Assembly: GCA_965116475.1 (NCBI GenBank)
Contig: OZ220691.1
Coordinates: forward strand, 3,168,001 to 3,232,000
Direction: 5' to 3'
Source: Gemmatimonadota bacterium
Lineage (GTDB): Bacteria > Gemmatimonadota > Gemmatimonadetes > Palauibacterales > Palauibacteraceae
Length of the DNA: 64,000 bases
The translations under genes were made by a program, and so were the position numbers. The notes below the pieces were generated by a model that was not told the origin of the DNA, made no database searches, and saw only the letters and a list, made by a program, of their open reading frames with translations. Of the stretch, positions 58,156 through 64,000 are shown one piece after another. Position 1 is the stretch's first letter. Each line of letters starts with the position of its first letter.

Positions 58156-61100
58156 CGCGGCCCGGCAGGCTCGCCGACCAGGAGGCCCGCGACGCGATCC
58201 GGCACGACCTGGACGACACGCTCTTCGTCGAGGCGGCGGCGGGGACGGGGAAGACGACCGCGCTCACGGGCCGGATCGTCGAGGTGCTGAGGCACGACAG
58301 GGGCACGCTGGAGAACATCGTCGCGGTCACCTTCACCGAGAAGGCGGCCGGCGAGATGAAGCTCCGGCTGCGGGCGGCGATCGAGAAGGCGCGGCTGGGC
58401 GAGGAGGACGGGGAAGCCCGTGACCGTCTGTCGCGTGCGCTCGGCCACCTGGAACTCGCTCACATCGGCACGATCCACGGCTTCTGTGCCGACCTCTTGC
58501 GCGAGCGGCCGATCGAGGCCGGCGTCGATCCGGCATTCCGGGTCGCCGCCGAGGACGAAGCCGGCCGTCTCCTTGACTGCGCCTTCGAGGGCTGGTTCGA
58601 GGGCGCTCTGGCGGACCCCGGTCCCGGCGTGAGACGGGCGTTGCGCCGGCATTATCCGCGGAATTCGGGCGGTCCACGCGCGGCCCTGCGGGCGGCGGCC
58701 GGCAGTCTCGTCGAGCAGCGCGACTTCGACGCGCCGTGGTCCAGACCCGAGTGGGACCGGGAGGCCGAACTCGACCGCGCCCTCGACCTCCTGCGGGAAC
58801 TCGCAGCCTTCGCCCCGCTGGCCTCCCGCCCGGACGACTTTCTCACGCAGAATCTGCGCAACATCGAACGCGGGGTGCGCGAGATTGAACGGCGGGAGCA
58901 GACGCGCGGACGCGACTACGACTACCTGGAAGCCTGGCTGCGGTCCTTCGTGGGGGCGCGCTGGCGCGGCTGGTTCTGGCGAGGGTTTCGGTCGCGGGAC
59001 TTCGGCGGCGGACTCGCCAAGGCCGATGTCGTCGCGCGCCGCGACGCGGTCCGGGGGGAGGTCCAGGAGATCCTGCAGACGGCGGACGCGGATCTGGCGG
59101 CGCATCTCCGGGACGAACTTTGGCCCGTGACGGAACGGTACGAGAGGGCCAAGCGGCGCGATGGGCGCCTCGACTTCGTGGATCTGCTGATCCGGGCGCG
59201 GGACCTCCTGCGCGACAATGCCGAGATCCGGGCGCACTACCGGCACCGCTTCACGCGGTTTTTCGTCGACGAGTTCCAGGACACCGATCCGCTGCAGGTC
59301 GAGATCCTCCTCCTCCTGTGCGGCGGGGACCCGGAGGAGACGCGGGCGGAGCACATCGTGCCCGCGAGCGGCAAGCTCTTCGTCGTCGGCGATCCGAAGC
59401 AGTCGATCTACCGCTTCCGCCGGGCGGACGTGATGCTGTACGAGAGGACCAAACGCCGCCTGCAGGACGCGAATGCCCGAGTGCTGCACCTGTCCACGAG
59501 CTTCCGGTCGCAGCCGCGGCTGCAGGACGCCGTGAACGGGGCGTTCGCGGCGCGCATGAAGGCGAGCGAGGACGGGAGCCAGGCGGCGTATGTGCCGCTC
59601 GCGCCCTTCCGCGCGGACACCGGGAACCAGCCCGCCATCATCGCCCTGCCGGTGCCGAAGCCGTACGGACGCTTCGGAAAGGTCCGGGGAATCGAGATCG
59701 AGGAATCGCTCGCCGTCGCGGTCGGGGAGATGGTGCGCTGGCTGGTCCGCGAGTCGGGATGGGTCGTGACGGAACGGGAGGGTCCGGAGGATCCGGTCCC
59801 GGTCGAAGCCCGCCACATCTGCCTACTCTTCCGCCGGTTCCAGAAGTGGGGGGAGGACGTCACGCGCCCCTACGTGCGGGCGCTCGAGGCCCGCGCCGTG
59901 CCGCATGTGCTGGTCGGCGGCCGCTCGTACCACGATCGCGAGGAGGTGCTTGCCGTCCGGAACGCGCTCACCGCCATCGAGTGGCCTGATGACCGGCTGG
60001 CGGTCTACGCCGCCCTCCGGGGCCCGCTCTTCTCGCTCGGCGATCGGGCGCTGTTCGAGTTCGGCGTCGATGCGGGTCCGCTGCACCCGCTCGCCGGATG
60101 GGAGCCGGACGGTGGAGACGGCGGATACGGGGGGCACGGCCGAAAGGACGACGGCGCGGCGCTGAAGCCCGAACTGCGGGACGTGGCGACGGTGCTCGGG
60201 CTCCTCGGGGACCTGCACCGGCACCGGAACCGGCGCCCGATCCCCGAAACGGTCCGGCGCCTGCTCTCGGCCGCGCGCGCCCACGCGGGCATCGCGATCT
60301 GGCCGACGGGCGAGCAGGCGCTGGCAAACGTCCTCCGGCTGGTCGACCGGGCGCGCGCGTTCGAGCGCCGGGGCAGCCCCTCCTTCCGGGCGTTTCTCGA
60401 CCACCTCGAGGATGAGGCCGAACGCGGGCAGTCCGAGGAGGCGCCGATCGTTGAAGAGGGGACCGAGGGCGTGCGGATGATGACGGTACACAAGGCCAAG
60501 GGTCTCGAGTTCCCCGTCGTCATCCTGGCGGACATGACCTGCGCGGCGGCCCACGATCCGCCGTCGCGCTACGTGGACCCGGCTCGGCGTCTCTGGGCCC
60601 AGCGCCTCTGCCGCGCGACCCCTCGCGACATCCTGGACAACGCCGAAGTCGAGCGGCGCCGGGAGATGGCCGAGGCGGACCGGCTCGCGTACGTGGCGGC
60701 CACGCGGGCGCGCGACCTGCTCGTCGTGCCGGCGCTCGGCGACGGCCGGGATGGCCGCGGGGGATTCCCGGTGGAAGACGGCGAGTGGTGGCTGGAGTCG
60801 CTGAATCCGGCGGTGTATCCGCCGCGCGGCGCCCGCCGTCAGCCGTCCTCCGCCGAGAGCCTGGGAGTCCCGGCGTTCCGCGATGAGTCGGTCCTCGATC
60901 GTCCGGATGGGAAGGGCGGTCAGCGCCCCGCCCCGCGCGACTCGGTCGCGCCGGGACTGCATGCCGCCGAAGCGGGGACGGATGTGGTGTGGTGGGATCC
61001 CGCCGCGCTCGATCTCGACCCGGATCCGCGCGCGGGCGATCGCCAGCGCCGCTTGCTCGAAGTCGAGCGGGAGGAACAGCCCACGCTGGATGTCGAGGCG

Positions 61101-61829
61101 GGACGCGGGGCGCACCGGGAGTGGCAGGCGGCTCGCGCGGCGAGGCTGGAGGCGGGGGGACGCCGGACGATGTCGGTTGCCACGGTCCGGGCGATCGCAC
61201 GACGGGCTGCCGAGGCGGCCGAAACCGGCGACGCGCCCCGCCTCGACTCCGGTGTCGCGTGGATCGACGTGCCACGGCCGGAAGCCGAGGGGCGGGAGGG
61301 GGCCGGGCGCCCGGGCGGCGAGCGATTCGGCGATCTCGTCCACCGCATACTCGCCGAGGTTCCTCTCGACGCCGACTCCGACGCGGTCGAAGCGCTGGCG
61401 GAAACGCTGGGCCGCACGCTGGGCAGCCCCGAGACCGAAATCGTCGCGGCCGCGGCGCTCGCGGCGCGCGCGCTGGCGCACGAAGTGCTCGACCGGGCGC
61501 GCGCCGCCCTGGCTTCCGGGCCCGGCGCGCTCCGGCGTGAGGTTCCGGTCTTCCATGTGCGCGAAGCCGCGGAGCCGGATGGGGAGCCGGATGGGGAGCC
61601 GGATGGGGAACCGGATCGGGAGCGGGGGGCGGTGATCGCGGAAGGAGTCGCGGACCTCGCCTTCCGCGAGGTCACCGGATCCGGCCCCCGGTGGACGGTC
61701 GTCGACTACAAGACGGACCGTCGCCCCGCCGCGGCGCGCACCGAATACGAGGTGCAGGTCGCCTGCTACGTCAAAGCCATCGAACGGGCCAGCGGAGAAC
61801 CGACCCGAGGGATCGTACTGGCCCTCTAG
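58152..61829 (+). CDS. addA: AddA-like UvrD helicase-nuclease
   Basis: EAAAGTGKT, VTFTEKAA.EM, VDEFQDT, VGDPKQSIYRFR, MTVHKAKGLEF, YVAATRAR, GVADL...VDYKT; GTG overlaps the addB stop. Confidence 0.9.
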   Translation: MTRPGRLADQEARDAIRHDLDDTLFVEAAAGTGKTTALTGRIVEVLRHDRGTLENIVAVTFTEKAAGEMKLRLRAAIEKARLGEEDGEARDRLSRALGHLELAHIGTIHGFCADLLRERPIEAGVDPAFRVAAEDEAGRLLDCAFEGWFEGALADPGPGVRRALRRHYPRNSGGPRAALRAAAGSLVEQRDFDAPWSRPEWDREAELDRALDLLRELAAFAPLASRPDDFLTQNLRNIERGVREIERREQTRGRDYDYLEAWLRSFVGARWRGWFWRGFRSRDFGGGLAKADVVARRDAVRGEVQEILQTADADLAAHLRDELWPVTERYERAKRRDGRLDFVDLLIRARDLLRDNAEIRAHYRHRFTRFFVDEFQDTDPLQVEILLLLCGGDPEETRAEHIVPASGKLFVVGDPKQSIYRFRRADVMLYERTKRRLQDANARVLHLSTSFRSQPRLQDAVNGAFAARMKASEDGSQAAYVPLAPFRADTGNQPAIIALPVPKPYGRFGKVRGIEIEESLAVAVGEMVRWLVRESGWVVTEREGPEDPVPVEARHICLLFRRFQKWGEDVTRPYVRALEARAVPHVLVGGRSYHDREEVLAVRNALTAIEWPDDRLAVYAALRGPLFSLGDRALFEFGVDAGPLHPLAGWEPDGGDGGYGGHGRKDDGAALKPELRDVATVLGLLGDLHRHRNRRPIPETVRRLLSAARAHAGIAIWPTGEQALANVLRLVDRARAFERRGSPSFRAFLDHLEDEAERGQSEEAPIVEEGTEGVRMMTVHKAKGLEFPVVILADMTCAAAHDPPSRYVDPARRLWAQRLCRATPRDILDNAEVERRREMAEADRLAYVAATRARDLLVVPALGDGRDGRGGFPVEDGEWWLESLNPAVYPPRGARRQPSSAESLGVPAFRDESVLDRPDGKGGQRPAPRDSVAPGLHAAEAGTDVVWWDPAALDLDPDPRAGDRQRRLLEVEREEQPTLDVEAGRGAHREWQAARAARLEAGGRRTMSVATVRAIARRAAEAAETGDAPRLDSGVAWIDVPRPEAEGREGAGRPGGERFGDLVHRILAEVPLDADSDAVEALAETLGRTLGSPETEIVAAAALAARALAHEVLDRARAALASGPGALRREVPVFHVREAAEPDGEPDGEPDGEPDRERGAVIAEGVADLAFREVTGSGPRWTVVDYKTDRRPAAARTEYEVQVACYVKAIERASGEPTRGIVLAL
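61572..61619 (+). repeat. 12-bp tandem repeat in addA (EPDG x3 + EPDR)
   Basis: gagccggatggg x3 plus gaaccggatcgg. Confidence 0.9.
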
Positions 61830-61850
61830 CGTTGCGCCGGGGCCCGGGAG

Positions 61851-62438
61851 CTAGGCGCCGTACTTCCGGCGATGGAGCTCGGCCGCCCGGTCGGACCACT
61901 CCTTGAGCCGGATCCGCGCGCCGAGCCCCTTGCCGAGCGCGTCGAGGTCTTCGGAGGTCCACCGGGCCAGGTCGAGGTACGTTCGGTAGCCCATTTGGTT
62001 GAGCCGCGCCTCGAACGTCGGGCCGATCCCCTTGATGCGCGTCAGATCGTCGCTCTCGCGCGATGCCCCGACACTCGCCGCTTCCGCCGACAGGGGACGC
62101 GCATTGCGCCTGCGGCCCGTTCGCGTCCGCGACAGGCCGGCGCTCCGCGCGGGAACCACCATCGCGCCCCCGTCGGGGTCCAGCTTCGAAAGACGGGTAT
62201 AGAGGCTGTCCCGCTCGGCCTCGACCTTGCGGCGCGCCGCCTCGGACTCGAGCCGCGCCCGCTCCAGCATCCGCCTGGCGTCCTCTTCGATGGCGGACAG
62301 GCGGTTGTCGAAGCGACGCTTGAGCGTCAGCTCTCTTCCGGCCATCTGTCGGCCGCGGATCCACCAGCCGACGCCAAAACCTGCCAGCGCGGCCAGCATC
62401 AGCCCCAGAACGACGATCGGGGTCGGGACATCCATCAT
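61851..62438 (-). CDS. Membrane-anchored protein with coiled coil and C-terminal helix-hairpin-helix domain
   Basis: N-terminal TM; DDLTRIKGIGP.FEARLNQMG..TY.DLA.W. Confidence 0.75.
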   Translation of the reverse strand: MMDVPTPIVVLGLMLAALAGFGVGWWIRGRQMAGRELTLKRRFDNRLSAIEEDARRMLERARLESEAARRKVEAERDSLYTRLSKLDPDGGAMVVPARSAGLSRTRTGRRRNARPLSAEAASVGASRESDDLTRIKGIGPTFEARLNQMGYRTYLDLARWTSEDLDALGKGLGARIRLKEWSDRAAELHRRKYGA

Positions 62439-62615
62439 CTTCGATCGGACTCCGGGTTCCGGCGTATCCCCGCCGCGAGGTGACGTGAGCGGGAACCCAA
62501 TGTAGGGTGACGGAGGACGCCGCCCAACCCCGGCGCGGTCGGAATCCGGACGGAGTCCGCCCACCCAAAGGAGAGTCGGATCGAGATCCCGCTGACAGGA
62601 CGGTTCGATCGGATC

Positions 62616-63629
62616 ATGGCTTCCCGGGACATTCCCGCGGGTTCCGGGTGCGTGCTCGGGTCGTCTCGCAAAGGGCGGCCGATCCCGGGTTTCCGCTTCG
62701 GACGGGGACCCGAGGCCGTGAGCCTGCTCGGCGGCTGCCACGCCGACGAACCGGTGGGCCCGCGCCTCCTGCGGCGTCTCGCCGGCTACCTGGCGGGACT
62801 CGACGCGGACGACCCGATGCTCACCCGCTACCAGTGGTGGATCATCCCGCACATCAACCCCGATGGCGAGATCCGGAACGCCGCGTGGCAGGACCCCGAC
62901 GCGAACGCGTACGATCTCGGGCGATACCTGGCGGGCAAGGTGCGGGAACTGCCGGGCGACGACGTGGAATTCGGCTTTCCGCGCGACGATGCAGATCCCG
63001 GAGCGCGGCCCGAGAATCGGGCGGCGTACGACTGGTGGCGCACCAGCGATCGACCGTTCGGGCTGCACGCCTCCCTGCACGGCATGGGGTTCGCCGCGGG
63101 TCCGTTCTTCCTCATCGATCGCGCATGGGAACACCGGTGCGAGGTGCTGAAGGCCTCATGCCGTCAACGCGCACGGGCGCTCGGCTACGCGCTGCACGAC
63201 GTCGAGCGTCACGGAGAGAAGGGTTTCTTCCGCTTCGAGCGCGGGTTCGCGTCGCGGCCCGACTCGAAGCGCATGGCGGCGCACTTCGAAGCCCTGGGCG
63301 ATTCCGCCACGGCGTCCCGCTTCTGGCCGAGTTCGATGGAGACGCTGCGCTCCTTCGGCCACGACACGCTCACTCTCGTCTCGGAGATGCCGCTCTTCAT
63401 CCTCCCGGGTGTGGGAGACCGGCTCGGCCCGCCCGATCCGGCCGCCGAACGCTGGAAGAGACGGCTGGACCGCTGGCGTGGCGAACTGCCCGCGGGGGCC
63501 GCGCCGGACGCCGTCTCCGCCGAAGCGAGGAGAAACGGGCTCGTCGCCATGCCGGTGCGCGACCAGATGGCGCTGCAATGGACGTTCATCACCGCGGGGT
63601 TGCGTCAAGCACGCCTTCCGCCGGCGTGA
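62616..63629 (+). CDS. M14 zinc carboxypeptidase-like protein
   Basis: GCHADEPVG (HxxE), PHINPDG, PENRA, SLHGM, VSEMP. Confidence 0.8.
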   Translation: MASRDIPAGSGCVLGSSRKGRPIPGFRFGRGPEAVSLLGGCHADEPVGPRLLRRLAGYLAGLDADDPMLTRYQWWIIPHINPDGEIRNAAWQDPDANAYDLGRYLAGKVRELPGDDVEFGFPRDDADPGARPENRAAYDWWRTSDRPFGLHASLHGMGFAAGPFFLIDRAWEHRCEVLKASCRQRARALGYALHDVERHGEKGFFRFERGFASRPDSKRMAAHFEALGDSATASRFWPSSMETLRSFGHDTLTLVSEMPLFILPGVGDRLGPPDPAAERWKRRLDRWRGELPAGAAPDAVSAEARRNGLVAMPVRDQMALQWTFITAGLRQARLPPA

Positions 63630-63682
63630 CTGTCGCGCGTCACCCTGCGTCCGGCTTGCCTGCGCTGCGGCGGACGAACAAG

Positions 63683-64000
63683 GTGAGCGGCGTGAACAGG
63701 CGATTCCTACTCGTGACCCTCGCGGCGGCCGGCTGCAGCGACCTGGCATCGCAACCCGAGCGGGTCCCGAGCAAGATCGAGCTTCTCCCCGCCGACGCCA
63801 TCGTCCTCGAAGGCGAGGCGGTCCAGTATCGCCTGCGGGTACTGGACGAGAGCGGCACGGCCTTCAGCAGGATCCCGGACTGGGCGCCCCCGCGCTGGTC
63901 CGCGAGCGATCCATCCGTCGCCGCCGTCGCCGCGGACGGGGAGGTCATCGGCCTCGAAGGCGGCCGCGAGACCCGGGTTGCCGCGGAGGTGGCGAGCCTG
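63683..64000 (+). CDS. Lipoprotein with Ig-like (Big_2-type) domain (partial)
   Basis: Hand translation: VSGVNRRFLLVTLAAAGCSDL...WSASDPSVAAVAADGEVIGL; open at the window end. Confidence 0.7.
   Translation, partial: MSGVNRRFLLVTLAAAGCSDLASQPERVPSKIELLPADAIVLEGEAVQYRLRVLDESGTAFSRIPDWAPPRWSASDPSVAAVAADGEVIGLEGGRETRVAAEVASL

Noticed and set aside
55003..61829. Novel helicase-nuclease defence system
   Set aside because: Domain order, Fe-S staple cysteines and gene coupling match ordinary AddAB-type recombinational repair.
62440..62615. Inverted repeats (CGGACTCCG/CGGAGTCCG; GGGTTCC/GGAACCC) in a divergent intergenic region
   Set aside because: Short GC-rich stems are expected by chance at this composition, and no recognisable RNA motif was found.

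Overview
A very GC-rich, gene-dense bacterial chromosome segment with about 48 CDS. The gene repertoire suggests a Gemmatimonadota-like heterotroph (inference only): many lipoprotein/Tat hydrolases, an ECF/zf-HC2/DUF4097 operon, an ASPIC/UnbV cluster and Uma2 paralogs. Housekeeping content includes trxB, folK-folB-pteridine reductase, AddAB-type helicase-nuclease, ggt and several transporters. Highlights: (1) an OsmC-family gene split by the ORF caller at an in-frame TGA followed by a SECIS-like hairpin, i.e. a probable selenoprotein; (2) a rod-shaped 6S-like ncRNA with its own promoter; (3) an uncharacterised operon of a membrane penta-heme cytochrome c/TPR protein, two FG-GAP/ASPIC-UnbV lipoproteins and a cupin; (4) a toxin-antitoxin/Uma2 patch with three Uma2 paralogs, two of which share an identical 46-bp promoter; (5) a cysteine-free secreted protein with a PHM-like copper ligand set; (6) a candidate ~65-nt sRNA. 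No tRNA, rRNA, CRISPR array or transposase was seen. All family calls come from motif recognition by eye, not database searches.
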